Positions 12,954-23,254 of a stretch of 32,000 nucleotides of DNA are shown piece by piece. Source of the DNA: an uncultured Ruminococcus sp. GTDB taxonomy: Bacteria; Bacillota; Clostridia; Oscillospirales; Ruminococcaceae. The notes beneath the pieces are model-generated. The model worked only from the letters and a program-made list of their open reading frames with translations. It made no database searches and was not told where the DNA came from. The stretch's first letter is position 1. Every line of letters starts with the position of its first letter. A program made the translations under genes and the position numbers. The stretch spans positions 73,416 to 105,415 of the forward strand of contig UQPZ01000006.1 in NCBI GenBank assembly GCA_900543145.1. The letters run 5' to 3'.

Positions 12954-14285
12954 TCATTTTGTATTTTTAAGATGGCTTTCCTTAAATAACTTGTCTGAGT
13001 TTGTTTTGACATAAGCGGCAAGGAACAGAGAGCCGCATATCAGAGCTGCACCGTTGGGAGCTTCTTCTCTCGCCTTGCGTATTTCGTTTATAATGCTGTC
13101 CTGTGCAGGACGGGCGTTTCCTCCTGCTTTTATGATAAGTTCGGCAAGCTCATTTTTATCAAGGTCAAGTCTTTCGTCGGAGAATCCGTCTACTGCTGTA
13201 AAGCTGCTAACTAGCGGAATTAGATGTTTTACCGCTTCAAGTGCATTTTTATCCTTGTGCATTCCTATAACAGCAGTGATTTTTTTTCCGTTCAAAGCTT
13301 TGAGGGAATAAGCCAGCGCTTTCATTCCGTCAGGATTATGAGCTCCGTCTAATATCGTCAGAGGGGCTTCTGAAATGACCTCGACTCTTCCGAAAAGCTT
13401 TGCCTTTCGTATTCCGTTTTCAATGCTTTCCTGAGAAACCGGCAGCTCTTCGGATACGAATTTCATTGCGTCTATTACAGTAAGGGCGTTTGATACCTGA
13501 TGAAGTCCGGCCATAGAAGTTTTATAGTTCCTGCCCCTGTACAGGAAATCACTTCCTGTTATATCGCTTCTTTTTACGGAACAGAGGTTTAAGATAGGAA
13601 TATTCAGCAGTGATCCGGTCTGTAATGCCTTTTCTCTTACCGTATTTATGACCTCAATGCTGTTTCCGGGTGAAAGTACGCAGGGACGGTTCTGCTTTAT
13701 GATCCCTGCTTTCTGATAGGCTATCTTTTCCAGAGTATCTCCTAAAATTGCCGTATGGTCGTAGGAAACCGAGCCTATTACCGAAACCAGCGGCGATTCA
13801 ATAACATTGGTGCTGTCGAGCAGTCCGCCAAGTCCTGTTTCAAGCACTACAATATCACAATTTTTCTTTACAAAGTACAGAAAGGCTATAGCCTGAGTTA
13901 TTTCAAACTGGGAAAATTCCTTTCTCTGAGGGTGAGCTTCAAGAACAGGCATTATCTGTCCGACTATTTCGTTAAGCTCAGCGTATGGAATATTGCAGTT
14001 GTTTACCTTTATTCTGTCGGAATACTCTACTATATAAGGAGAGGTAAAAAGTCCGACAGTATATCCGACGTCTGAAAGTATTTCATTGAACATCTGAGCC
14101 ATAGAGCCTTTTCCGTTGGTACCTGCAATGTGAATAAAACGCAGGCTTTTCTGAGGCTCGCCGACTGAGGACAGCAGTGATCTGATTCTGTCAAGGTTAT
14201 ATATGCGTTTTCCCGTTCTGGAAAAGCTGTTGATATATTCTTCTGCTTCAGTCATTTCTGCGGCTATGCTCAGGATAGTGAGCAT
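12954..14285 (-). CDS. folC: Folylpolyglutamate synthase / dihydrofolate synthase (Mur ligase family)
   Basis: P-loop HIAGTNGKGS and the overall FolC pattern (DGAHNP). The start is ambiguous among TTG 14309, ATG 14285 (RBS AAAGGAG directly upstream) and ATG 14252. Confidence 0.9.
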   Translation of the reverse strand: MLTILSIAAEMTEAEEYINSFSRTGKRIYNLDRIRSLLSSVGEPQKSLRFIHIAGTNGKGSMAQMFNEILSDVGYTVGLFTSPYIVEYSDRIKVNNCNIPYAELNEIVGQIMPVLEAHPQRKEFSQFEITQAIAFLYFVKKNCDIVVLETGLGGLLDSTNVIESPLVSVIGSVSYDHTAILGDTLEKIAYQKAGIIKQNRPCVLSPGNSIEVINTVREKALQTGSLLNIPILNLCSVKRSDITGSDFLYRGRNYKTSMAGLHQVSNALTVIDAMKFVSEELPVSQESIENGIRKAKLFGRVEVISEAPLTILDGAHNPDGMKALAYSLKALNGKKITAVIGMHKDKNALEAVKHLIPLVSSFTAVDGFSDERLDLDKNELAELIIKAGGNARPAQDSIINEIRKAREEAPNGAALICGSLFLAAYVKTNSDKLFKESHLKNTK

Positions 14286-14351
14286 ATCTCCTTTCAATAT
14301 TTTAAACAACCCTTAGGCGGCAGTATCTGCTTTTGAAAATTTCCGTAAAGT

Positions 14352-16193
14352 TTACATATCCTGAATAACTCTGTATAGTTCTTCAGCTGTATCGGCGTTT
14401 ACTCCTGCCGCTTTGGCAAGCTCTTGGGAAGTGGCTTTTTTCAGGTTTTCCTTGGTCTTGAATTCGGTCATAAGCTTTACCGCCTTTTTCTCGCCTATTC
14501 CCTTTACCTTGGTAAGCTCAAGCTGATATGAACTTTTTTTATGCTTTTGTGCCTGATAGGTTATTGCGTAGCGGTGTACCTCGTCCTGTATCCTTGTAAC
14601 AAGATTAAAGGCGCTGCGTGATCTTGTCAGGCTTATTTCGCCTCCTCCTGTAGCTACCGCTCTGGTGCGGTGCTTTGAGTCCTTTACAAGTCCGAAGACA
14701 GGAACGTCTATGCCCATTTCCCGTATAACTGGGGTAACAGTATTTACATGCCCCTGCCCTCCGTCAAGAAGTATTAGGTCGGGGAGAGCAGAGAAACCCT
14801 CGTCGGTTTTCTCAAAATAGTTTCTGAAACGCCTTTCAAGCACTTCACACATACAGGCATAATCGTTCTGCTCTTCAACTGTTTTTATAGAGAATTTTTT
14901 ATAGAATTTTTTGCAGGGACGTCCGTTTTCAAATACTACCATTCCCGCAACCATATCAGCGGAAGCCAGATTCGATATATCATAGCACTCTATTAATCTC
15001 GGCGGCTTCGGAAGCTCCAGAGCCTTTGCAAGCTCTTCAAGCGCGACTATCTCCTTGCCTGTTCTTCCGACCTTTATTGAAAGATATTCGGAGGCGTTGC
15101 TTTTTGCGAGAGTAGTAAGCCTGAGAAGATGCCCTCTTTTCGGAGTAGAAATGTGTACGGCGTGCCCTGATTTTTCTCTCAGCCATTTTTCCAGCAGATC
15201 GTAATTTTCAATATCCTCGTCAAGCAGTATTTCCTTAGGGACAAAATCACGATTTGAATAGAAGCGGGTCATAAAGCTTTCCCGCATCTGTATCTGATCC
15301 TCCTTTTCACCGAGGAAGAAGTCGGCTTTGTCAAAGAGCCTTCCGCCACGGTACATAAGAACGCTGGCACAGGCCTTTTCGCTGTTCTGAGAAACTGCTA
15401 TTATGTCGGTATCCTTCATATCAGGGTCTATTATTTTCTGTCTGTCGGCGGCTTTTGCTATTGCGGCTATCCTGTCCCTAAGCTTTGCTGCAAGCTCAAA
15501 ATCAAGCTCCTCCGCAGCGGCTTCCATTTCCTTTGTAAGCCGCTCTACTGAATCCTGAGAACCGTTTTTGATATAGTCAACAGCCTGACGTATTACCGAA
15601 CGGTATTCCTCCTGAGAGATCTGTCCGGTACATACACCCATGCACTGTTTGATATGATGATTAAGGCAGGGACGCTGTTTTCCGAAATCCTGAGGAAATC
15701 TGCGGCTGCAGGTCGGAAGCATAAAGACCTTATTCGCTTCTGCGACCGCCTGCTTTACGGCATAGGAGCTTGTGTATGGGCCGATATATTCGGCTCCGTC
15801 GTCGTATTTTTGCAGTACGCTCTGAAGTCTCGGAAAAGGCTCGCCGGTTATCCTGATATAGCTGTAGCCCTTATCATCTTTAAGCAGTATATTGTATTTC
15901 GGAGTATACTGCTTTATTAGAGAGCATTCCAGTACCAGCGCTTCAAATTCCGAATCGGTAACTATAAAGTCATAGTCGTTTACATGTGATACCATTTTCC
16001 AGACCTTGGGGAGATGATCCTGCCCCTTCCGGAAATATGAGGTAACTCGTTTTTTAAGGTTCTTGGCTTTACCGATATATATTATTTTCGCTGAAGAATC
16101 CTTCATTATATAACAGCCGGGAGATGCTGTAAGCTTAGAGGTTTTTTCTCTCAAATAGGGAAGTCTTGGATTATCCTGATCTGTTATCTGCAT
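14352..16193 (-). CDS. uvrC: Excinuclease ABC subunit C
   Basis: N-terminal GIY-YIG domain (PGCYIMKD...IIYIGKAKNLKKRVTSYF), a UVR domain, and a C-terminal HhH (KGIGEKKAVKL). RBS AAGGAGGG. Confidence 0.95.
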   Translation of the reverse strand: MQITDQDNPRLPYLREKTSKLTASPGCYIMKDSSAKIIYIGKAKNLKKRVTSYFRKGQDHLPKVWKMVSHVNDYDFIVTDSEFEALVLECSLIKQYTPKYNILLKDDKGYSYIRITGEPFPRLQSVLQKYDDGAEYIGPYTSSYAVKQAVAEANKVFMLPTCSRRFPQDFGKQRPCLNHHIKQCMGVCTGQISQEEYRSVIRQAVDYIKNGSQDSVERLTKEMEAAAEELDFELAAKLRDRIAAIAKAADRQKIIDPDMKDTDIIAVSQNSEKACASVLMYRGGRLFDKADFFLGEKEDQIQMRESFMTRFYSNRDFVPKEILLDEDIENYDLLEKWLREKSGHAVHISTPKRGHLLRLTTLAKSNASEYLSIKVGRTGKEIVALEELAKALELPKPPRLIECYDISNLASADMVAGMVVFENGRPCKKFYKKFSIKTVEEQNDYACMCEVLERRFRNYFEKTDEGFSALPDLILLDGGQGHVNTVTPVIREMGIDVPVFGLVKDSKHRTRAVATGGGEISLTRSRSAFNLVTRIQDEVHRYAITYQAQKHKKSSYQLELTKVKGIGEKKAVKLMTEFKTKENLKKATSQELAKAAGVNADTAEELYRVIQDM

Positions 16194-16436
16194 TCAGGGA
16201 AGCCCTCCTTTCAATTTTATACAATTATCTATAGTATAGCATAATATAACTCAGAAAACAAGAGAGACGGTAATGAAAATAAACAAATCAGTTTATAGTT
16301 ATATATTAGGGAATAGTACTGCAATGTAATTAATATCATCAGAATTATACTTCTATTCATTACATACTGAATTTGCTTCTGTGTAACGGAAAAACCGTCC
16401 TGTACGGAGAAATATCCGCATAAGACGGTTATAAGC

Positions 16437-17648
16437 TTATTGCTGCTTTTTGGATTTTTTCTTTTCCACAAATGTTCCTGAATTTACATCGTAGGCTGCG
16501 CCGCTTTTTTTATTCATTATAATAACGATAACTCCGACAGCCAGCGCTATTCCTGAAACTATACCTACTATAATAAATACGATATTGCTGTTCCCGCTGT
16601 CGGAATTGTTCTGCGGCTGAACGGGAGCGGCGGCTTCGGCGGCGGAAGATACCGCTCCTTCGGCAGGCTCAGATACAGTCTGTGAAACCTCTTCGGTTTC
16701 GGACGAGGACTGGGCCTGGTCAATTTTATGAGTTCCCTTATCTGTGCAGTTCGTTATAGTAATACCGGTGCATTTCAATTTGCAGAAGCCTGAATCGCCT
16801 ATGCTTATTGCGCTTACCTTTTCAAAATTTGCAGTTCCGTAGGCTTCAATTATATCTATATAGTCAAAAGTTGCCTGAGTATCGCTGTACTCAGACGGAG
16901 CTATTTTTGCCCAAACCTTGCCGTCCTTGTCAGCCATCGGAGTATCGGGATTTTCCCAGCTTTGAAAAACCAACTCGCAGGGAGCTGTATCCATGTCTTT
17001 TTTATCGATCTTATAATCTACGATTATCTGTGACTTTGAGGTCATTCTTGTAGTATCGAAATCAGAATACTCAATTGTCATGCTGCGTCCCCAGTTTGCA
17101 GCTTCTTTGGCGTTTTTGCAGTCTATCTTTACAGATTTGAGCGCATTGCCGTCTTCCAGATCTTCTTGTGCTATGCAGTTTGTTACAGTCATTTTTGTAA
17201 GCTTTACGGAAGTGATCCCAGTATCTCCTATAAGGATACCCTTGACCTGCTTGAAATCCTTAGTACCGTACGCCGCCGCCATATCCTCAAAATCGAATGC
17301 AGCTTCTCCGTCTCCGAAGCTTGACGGAGCGACCTTCGCCCATACATCACCTTTATCGTCGGCGTTTGGGGAATCAGTATTGTCACTGCTTTTAATTATA
17401 AGCTCTACAGGAGATTTTGCATAGTCTGAACCGGTTCTGAACTCTATTTTGATCTGAGAATTAGCCGACAGTCTTAAAGGATCAAATACGTCGGAGGTAA
17501 GCTCAAAGGATTGTCCGTGATCTGAGGATTCCTTAGCGTTTGAAACGTCTATTTCAACGTCTTCCTTTGCAAATACGGCAAGCGTACAGCTAAATACCAG
17601 TACGGCGGAAACGGCAGCGCCTGTCAATGCCGAAATTATTTTTTTCAT
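16437..17648 (-). CDS. Secreted, C-terminally membrane-anchored protein with two tandem ~150-aa domains (possible carbohydrate-binding modules)
   Basis: Start taken at ATG 17648 (RBS AAGGAG). Signal peptide MKKIISALTGAAVSAVLVFSCTLAVFA. There is an internal duplication: ...DKGDVWAKVAPSSFGDGEAAFDFEDMAAAYGT...VTNC versus ...KDGKVWAKIAPSEYSDTQATFDYIDIIEAYGT...ITNC. A Ser/Ala/Glu-rich linker is followed by the TM helix IVFIIVGIVSGIALAVGVIVII. Confidence 0.7.
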   Translation of the reverse strand: MKKIISALTGAAVSAVLVFSCTLAVFAKEDVEIDVSNAKESSDHGQSFELTSDVFDPLRLSANSQIKIEFRTGSDYAKSPVELIIKSSDNTDSPNADDKGDVWAKVAPSSFGDGEAAFDFEDMAAAYGTKDFKQVKGILIGDTGITSVKLTKMTVTNCIAQEDLEDGNALKSVKIDCKNAKEAANWGRSMTIEYSDFDTTRMTSKSQIIVDYKIDKKDMDTAPCELVFQSWENPDTPMADKDGKVWAKIAPSEYSDTQATFDYIDIIEAYGTANFEKVSAISIGDSGFCKLKCTGITITNCTDKGTHKIDQAQSSSETEEVSQTVSEPAEGAVSSAAEAAAPVQPQNNSDSGNSNIVFIIVGIVSGIALAVGVIVIIMNKKSGAAYDVNSGTFVEKKKSKKQQ

Positions 17649-17871
17649 GTTCACTTCTCCTTTTTTGGTCATTCATACAATTATTCCATTAAAAATATAT
17701 GTAAATTTACCATATCCCAATGATATATTATATCATACTGAAAAAATGCTGTCAATAATTATATAAATAAAAAGGATATAGAAAAACGCCGTCTTTGAAT
17801 GCCGTAAATTGATATTTAGCACAAATTTCATGGTTTTCATGGACAAAAAATAAATTCATCATGTAATACCG

Positions 17872-17908
17872 CAGAAAAAAGCGCGCCGTTAAAAATAACA
17901 GGCGCGCC
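17872..17908 (-). terminator. Intrinsic terminator of the cellobiose phosphorylase gene
   Basis: GC stem GCGCGCC (17881-17887) / GGCGCGC (17901-17907). On the minus strand it is followed by a T-run (plus-strand A-run 17875-17880). Confidence 0.75.
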
Positions 17909-17929
17909 GATAAATAATATTTTGTTTTA

Positions 17930-20380
17930 TCAGCCGAGAACTACTTCGACCTCGTGAACTGTACCTTCGTCGAATACCGGCAGAACGTTTCCGTTGATCT
18001 TAACTCCGTCAACCGTTACGCTCTTTACTCCCTTTGAAACATGATCCGGATTCTTAAACGTAATATTATAAGTGTTTCCGCGGAATTTTCTTGTAAGCTT
18101 ATAGCCGTCCCAGGCTTCCGGAATAGATGGGTCTACCTTAAGACCGTCGTAGTCGGGAATTATTCCAAGGATATACTGTGAGACCGCTACGAAATTCCAT
18201 GCGGCAGTACCTGTAAGCCATGAGTTTTTAGCCTCTCCGTGTCTGCCTGCGTCCTTTCCTGCGATCATCTGAGCGTAAACATACGGCTCGGTTCTGTGCA
18301 GGTCGGAAATTTCCTCAAGATATGCAGGGGCGATCTTTGAATAGTATTCAAACGCCTGATCTCCGCGTCCGATAGCTGCTTCTGCGCAGATTATCCATGC
18401 GTTATTGTGACAGAAGATACCTGCGTTTTCCTTATATCCTCCGGGATATGTAGAGATCTCGCCGTATTCCTTATAGTATTTAGTAAATGCGGGATTATTA
18501 AGAACAAGGCCGTATTTTGAATCGAGATATTTCTTTACGCTGTTGAGGGTAAGAATATCCTTTCCGGAATCCTTTCCGAGTCCTCCCATTACCGCGAATC
18601 CCTGAGGTTCAATAAATATCTTGCCTTCCTCACATTCATGAGAACCGACCTTGTTGCCGAAGTCATCATAAGCGCGCAGGAACCATTCACCGTCCCAGCC
18701 GTATTTCATAGTGTTTTCGTTCATTTTATCAATTTCAGACTGAGCCGTTGAAGCTTCTTCTTCAAGTCCCTTAAATTTGCAAAGGGCAACGTATTCAGGA
18801 CCGATGAAGGACATCATAGCGGCAACCATTACAGATTCTGCAACACGGCTGAACTTGTCTTCGCCGTACTTAGGAGAGGTATAAGTCTGGAAGCTTTCTC
18901 CGGGGATATCCGAATGACAGGAAAGGTTCAGACAGTCGTTCCAGTCGGCTCTCATTGCAAGAGGCAGACCGTGAGGACCTACAAACTTAGCAACGTGCCA
19001 GAAGCTCTGCTTAAGGTGATGCATCATTGTCTGAGCTTTGCTTTCGTCGTTGTCATAGGGGACCATTTCGTCAAGAATTGAGTAGTCGCCGGTTTCCTTG
19101 ATGTACTGTGCGGTTGAAAGTATCATCCACAGCGGATCGTCTGAGAAGTCACCGCCGATCTCGTTGTTGCCCTTTTTGGTAAGAGGCTGGTACTGGTGAT
19201 AGCAGCCGCCGTCCTCAAGCTGAGTAGCGGCAAGATCAAGAATTCTTTCTCTTGCTCTTTCGGGGATCTGGTGAACGAATCCGAGAAGATCCTGATTTGA
19301 ATCTCTGAAGCCCATTCCTCTTCCGATACCGCTCTCAAAGTAAGAAGCTGAACGCGACATATTGAAGGTAACCATACACTGATACTGATTCCAGATATTT
19401 ACCATTCTGTTCAGCTTATCATCACCTGTTTCAACGTGATACTGTGAAAGCAGAGCGTCCCAGGTTTCTTTAAGTTCGGCGAGAGCTTTGTCAGCCTTTT
19501 CGGCAGTGTTCATAGACTCTATCATTTCATATGCCTTTGACTTATTCATTGAGCCGTCGGCATTCCACTTGTCGGCGCCGTTTTCAACATAGCCCAGCAG
19601 GAATACTAAAGTTTTTTCTTCGCCCGCACCGAGGGTCATGTCAAGGCAGTGGGAAGCGATAGGCGACCAGCCGTCGGCAACTGAATTATTGGCTTTTCCC
19701 GCAGCTACAGCCTGAGGATTTTCAAAGCCGTTGTAAAGACCGATAAAGCTTTCTCTGTCGGTATCAAAGCCGCAGATGTCGGCGTTTACGGTATAGAAAG
19801 CAAAGTGATCACGGCGCTCCTTGTACTCTGTTTTATGGTAGATAGTCGAGCCTTCGATTTCAACCTCGCCCGTATTGAAGTTTCTCTGGAAGTTTGTAGA
19901 GTCGTCCTGAGCGTTCCACAGACACCACTCAATAAACGAGAACAGCTTAAACGATTTAGACTTGTCCGAGGTGTTTTTAAGCACTACCTTCTGAACCTCG
20001 CCGTTGAAATTCTGAGGAACGAAGAATGTTACTTCTGCTTCTATCCCGTTCTTTTCACCTTTGATAATAGTATAACCCATACCGTGACGGCAGGAGTAAG
20101 CGTCAAGCTCAGTCTTTACAGGACTCCAGCCAGGAGACCAGATCGTATCGCCGTCGTTTATGTAAAAATATCTTCCGCCCATATCAACGGGAACATTGTT
20201 GTAGCGGTAACGTGTAATTCTTCTGAGCCTAGCGTCCTTGAAGAAGTGATAGCCGCCCGCGGTATTGGATATAAGCGAGAAAAATTCCTGAGTTCCCAGA
20301 TAGTTTATCCAGGGATAGGGAGTTTTTGGGTTGGTGATAACGTATTCCTTATTAACGTCATCAAAAAAACCGAATTTCAT
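17930..20380 (-). CDS. cbp: Cellobiose phosphorylase (GH94)
   Basis: Near-colinear with clostridial Cbp as I recall it: [39 protein letters not shown]...[66 protein letters not shown], and [19 protein letters not shown]. Length is 816 aa. Confidence 0.95.
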   Translation of the reverse strand: MKFGFFDDVNKEYVITNPKTPYPWINYLGTQEFFSLISNTAGGYHFFKDARLRRITRYRYNNVPVDMGGRYFYINDGDTIWSPGWSPVKTELDAYSCRHGMGYTIIKGEKNGIEAEVTFFVPQNFNGEVQKVVLKNTSDKSKSFKLFSFIEWCLWNAQDDSTNFQRNFNTGEVEIEGSTIYHKTEYKERRDHFAFYTVNADICGFDTDRESFIGLYNGFENPQAVAAGKANNSVADGWSPIASHCLDMTLGAGEEKTLVFLLGYVENGADKWNADGSMNKSKAYEMIESMNTAEKADKALAELKETWDALLSQYHVETGDDKLNRMVNIWNQYQCMVTFNMSRSASYFESGIGRGMGFRDSNQDLLGFVHQIPERARERILDLAATQLEDGGCYHQYQPLTKKGNNEIGGDFSDDPLWMILSTAQYIKETGDYSILDEMVPYDNDESKAQTMMHHLKQSFWHVAKFVGPHGLPLAMRADWNDCLNLSCHSDIPGESFQTYTSPKYGEDKFSRVAESVMVAAMMSFIGPEYVALCKFKGLEEEASTAQSEIDKMNENTMKYGWDGEWFLRAYDDFGNKVGSHECEEGKIFIEPQGFAVMGGLGKDSGKDILTLNSVKKYLDSKYGLVLNNPAFTKYYKEYGEISTYPGGYKENAGIFCHNNAWIICAEAAIGRGDQAFEYYSKIAPAYLEEISDLHRTEPYVYAQMIAGKDAGRHGEAKNSWLTGTAAWNFVAVSQYILGIIPDYDGLKVDPSIPEAWDGYKLTRKFRGNTYNITFKNPDHVSKGVKSVTVDGVKINGNVLPVFDEGTVHEVEVVLG

Positions 20381-20430
20381 TTTTAAAATCCACCTTTCAA
20401 TATTTATATATGTAAATTAATTTTCATTAA

Positions 20431-20982
20431 TTAATTTCCTGAATTATTTTCTGCTTGATCGGTATTTTCGATATTTGCGATAAGATAAGCGCCGTCTTTA
20501 TATAAAACCTGAAATATTCCGTAAGCCGAGCTTTTGGAGGAGTCATGAGATACCGATTTGGTTTTGACAGAGATAATGACGCTTCCCTGAGGATCTCTGG
20601 TTACTTCAAGGGCGTCGTCATAAAATTCAGCGGTCGCTTTGCTTGCGTTTTCCCCGTCGGTAAACTCATCAAAATGGAAGCGCCTGATAAAATCTCTCGT
20701 GCAGAGAGTATTTGCCTTTGAATATTCAGCTTTGCTCATATAGGAAAACCAATCGTTTATTACGCTTTTTGCTGAATCGACGTGCTTTTTATCTTCTTCG
20801 TTTAGATCCTTGTATGACGATTTCGGCAGGTTTTTATCCTGAGATGAGGACGAAACAGCGGAGGAAGACTTTTCAGCTCGGCTTTCCGCAGCCTGCAAGC
20901 TTGATGAACTTCTTTCTCCGGAGCTGCAGGACGTCATTACGAAAGCAGCCGCAGCAATAAGCGCTAGAAGTGCTTTGTTCAT
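20431..20982 (-). CDS. Lipoprotein of unknown function
   Basis: Signal peptide with lipobox (AAFVMTSC), a Ser-rich linker, and RBS AAGGAG. Confidence 0.7.
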   Translation of the reverse strand: MNKALLALIAAAAFVMTSCSSGERSSSSLQAAESRAEKSSSAVSSSSQDKNLPKSSYKDLNEEDKKHVDSAKSVINDWFSYMSKAEYSKANTLCTRDFIRRFHFDEFTDGENASKATAEFYDDALEVTRDPQGSVIISVKTKSVSHDSSKSSAYGIFQVLYKDGAYLIANIENTDQAENNSGN

Positions 20983-21002
20983 TTTTAGTTGCTCCTTATT
21001 TT

Positions 21003-22019
21003 TTAATTAAGCCGGGTAAAAAATCTCTGCCGACAGGTAAATTTCTCACCCTCTGCAAGCTCTGTATATCCGCTGACTTCTTCGGGCAGACTTAAATTAG
21101 GAGAATTTATCATCGCAGTCATAGGCTCGGGGCAGAAGTAACCCTTATCACCGTCATGGTTCCACATATTCCAGAATTTGAATTCTTCAGATACTTCGTT
21201 GCAGAGCTTATGCCCCGTTGCGGTATCCGTAACTACTGTTCCGTAAAAATCCTTACCGTCAAGCGTATTCATAGCGGCGGTGTACATATCGTTTGAAATG
21301 ACCTGGAGAGTAGGGCGCTTTAGTCCCTTTTTGTATTCAATATCCCAGTCTGACAGCGGCAGCAGCTTTTCGGTAGGAAGACATCTTTCGTCAAGCTCGC
21401 ACTTTAGTCCGACAGGTACGCATAGACGCATTGCTTCCTCGCTTCCGCCTTTTGTCATAGGGGCGTTTAGGCAGGTATGTGTACAGAGAGAAACGGGAAG
21501 TCTTTTTTTGCTTTTGTTTTCAAGATATATTTCCTGCTCCAGTCCTCTTTCGTCTGAAAGCGTAAAGGTATATGAAATTTTAAAGTCAACAGGGAAAAAG
21601 CTGTACATTTCGTCTTCTACGCCGAAAGTATATGAGGTTTTAAGAACGGCTTTTCCGCAGTCGGTAAAAGCTTGTTCAACCTTGTGAGTTCTTTTGTGCA
21701 CCCAGCCGTGAAGAAAATTGCCGAGCTTTTTTTCGTTTATCGGCAGCTTGTAGATTGCGTCCGAGGTTCTGATTATACCGCCGTCAAAGCGGTTGGGAAG
21801 ATACAGGGTAGGAAGTCCCCAGATCTCTCTTGCTTTATTTATATCAGCTATCGTGCAGTCTTCTCTGTAACGGAATATTTCAATGCCGTTTTCTTTGTCA
21901 AAAAATCTCAGTACAGAGGAGCCGATTTCCGGAGAAACTACCGCAAAGTACTTTCTGCTTTCAAGCTTTACGCATTTTATTCCTTTAAAATTAAAGACCG
22001 TATCGACAGTGCAGCTCAT
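21003..22019 (-). CDS. Aldose 1-epimerase (galactose mutarotase-like) family protein
   Basis: WGLPTLYLPNRFDGG, FLHGWVH and the YFCPEPMT-type motifs are typical of the family. It is co-directional with the lipoprotein and cbp genes. Confidence 0.65.
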   Translation of the reverse strand: MSCTVDTVFNFKGIKCVKLESRKYFAVVSPEIGSSVLRFFDKENGIEIFRYREDCTIADINKAREIWGLPTLYLPNRFDGGIIRTSDAIYKLPINEKKLGNFLHGWVHKRTHKVEQAFTDCGKAVLKTSYTFGVEDEMYSFFPVDFKISYTFTLSDERGLEQEIYLENKSKKRLPVSLCTHTCLNAPMTKGGSEEAMRLCVPVGLKCELDERCLPTEKLLPLSDWDIEYKKGLKRPTLQVISNDMYTAAMNTLDGKDFYGTVVTDTATGHKLCNEVSEEFKFWNMWNHDGDKGYFCPEPMTAMINSPNLSLPEEVSGYTELAEGEKFTCRQRFFTRLN

Positions 22020-22391
22020 TTAATTATATCCCCTTTTTGTCCTTTTATAACTGAATCAGGTATATCCTGCTGTACGTTCTCTGCCGCTGATTTTTCAACG
22101 CTGTATAGTTTAATGAACGTAAACGTTTAATATCAATAATTATACCATATTTAAAAATCAATGTCCAGTGTTTTTTGTATATTATTAAATAGAATTTCAG
22201 AGCTTATTTTGAGCAATTCTGAACAAAAGCAGACACTGACGGCAAATATTTTCTAAAAAGCGAAACCTTTTTCGGACAAAAAATATTATTTGCTGCGTAT
22301 ATTTATTTTTACTGCGGCAATAATAAGATTGCAAGGACAAAAAAGCTGTCTTTAGCAGGTCATACCATTTACAGAAAGGGCGGTATTTATA

Positions 22392-22598
22392 ATGCTGGAT
22401 AAGATTGCACTTTTTCTGCTAATCGTCGGAGGGATCAACTGGGGGCTTATCGGAATTTTCCAGTTTGACCTCGTAGCCTTCTTGTTCGGAGGTTCTGCGG
22501 CGGTAATCAGCAGAATTATTTATGTACTGGTTGCAATTTCAGCGATCTGGTGCATCTCACTGTTTTTCAGAGATAACGAGCTGGTGGAGATGTCTTAA
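22392..22598 (+). CDS. DUF378 family small membrane protein
   Basis: IVGGINWGLIGIFQFDLVAFLFGG....SRIIYVLVAISA is the characteristic DUF378 signature. Confidence 0.8.
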   Translation: MLDKIALFLLIVGGINWGLIGIFQFDLVAFLFGGSAAVISRIIYVLVAISAIWCISLFFRDNELVEMS

Positions 22599-22958
22599 TT
22601 CAGTTTTCTGTGAAAATTGATTTTTGACATAAGGAAAGGGAGCCTGTTTTCTGAAGGATGGTCAGGTAAGCGGGTTTGCTCTGTTTCGTCTTCACGGCAG
22701 TTCCTCGAAGTCTGTACTTTTAGGTGCGGATTGCGGGGAGCTGCTGTAAAGCAGACTTCCTTCCCTTATTTCAAAAATTTGTATTTTTATTTCATAAACT
22801 TACATAAGACTTAGTTAAAAGATATTATTATTTTAAGTGCGTTTTAGCTTATTTTAAAAATAAATATTATTTTAGCGTTAAAATGTCCAGTAAATACAGG
22901 CGTTATTTGTACAAACCGCCGAAAAAGTTAAGCGTTTAAAAATGTTTATCGCATTGCC

Positions 22959-22987
22959 TTGACTATTTAGGAAAAATAGAGTATAAT
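22959..22987 (+). promoter_or_regulatory. Consensus promoter of the ORF-less transcription unit
   Basis: TTGACT (22959-22964), 17-nt spacer, TATAAT (22982-22987). Confidence 0.6.
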
Positions 22988-22993
22988 CTAATT

Positions 22994-23118
22994 GATGTTA
23001 AGGATATTGAACAATATTTGTTTGATTTAACATCCGTTTTGTTGTCTCCTTTCTTTTGTTCTACACATAGTTTTTTTATTTTATTTTCCGCAGAGCACCG
23101 TTGCTCTGCATTTTTTTT
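22994..23118 (+). ncRNA. Candidate small RNA (~125 nt) with a CU-rich single-stranded segment
   Basis: It lies between the promoter above and the terminator GCAGAGCA-ccgt-TGCTCTGC (23090-23109) plus T8 (23111-23118). A 5' hairpin is formed by GATGTTAA (22994-23001) / TTAACATC (23027-23034). UCUCCUUUCUUUU (23045-23057) is complementary to Shine-Dalgarno sequences. There is no RBS-preceded ORF. The downstream gene has its own promoter. Confidence 0.4.
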
Positions 23119-23169
23119 GCCCTTTCATATTTTTATATATTACTAAAAAAATGCAAGGGCTGCTGCCAC

Positions 23170-23198
23170 TTGATTTATGGCAGGGCTTGTGGTATAAT
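23170..23198 (+). promoter_or_regulatory. Promoter of the 363-aa lipoprotein gene (extended -10)
   Basis: TTGATT (23170-23175), 17-nt spacer ending in TGG, TATAAT (23193-23198). Confidence 0.55.
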
Positions 23199-23254
23199 AT
23201 ATAGTGTATAACAAAACGTGTGTAAGGATATAAAGATCGGAGATGAATTTTTAA

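Noticed and set aside
16229-16471. 80-aa minus-strand ORF in the uvrC upstream intergenic region
   Set aside because: It is an AT-rich intergenic sequence with no RBS. It overlaps the 3' end of the surface-protein gene and has an implausible composition.
19805-20386. 193-aa plus-strand ORF and the ORF 19123..19338, both overlapping cbp
   Set aside because: They are antisense or alternative-frame shadows of the GH94 gene, whose translation is colinear with known cellobiose phosphorylases.
22617-22814. 65-aa ORF downstream of the DUF378 gene
   Set aside because: It has no RBS and an odd composition. The region is better explained as structured non-coding sequence (see the finding at 22630-22768).
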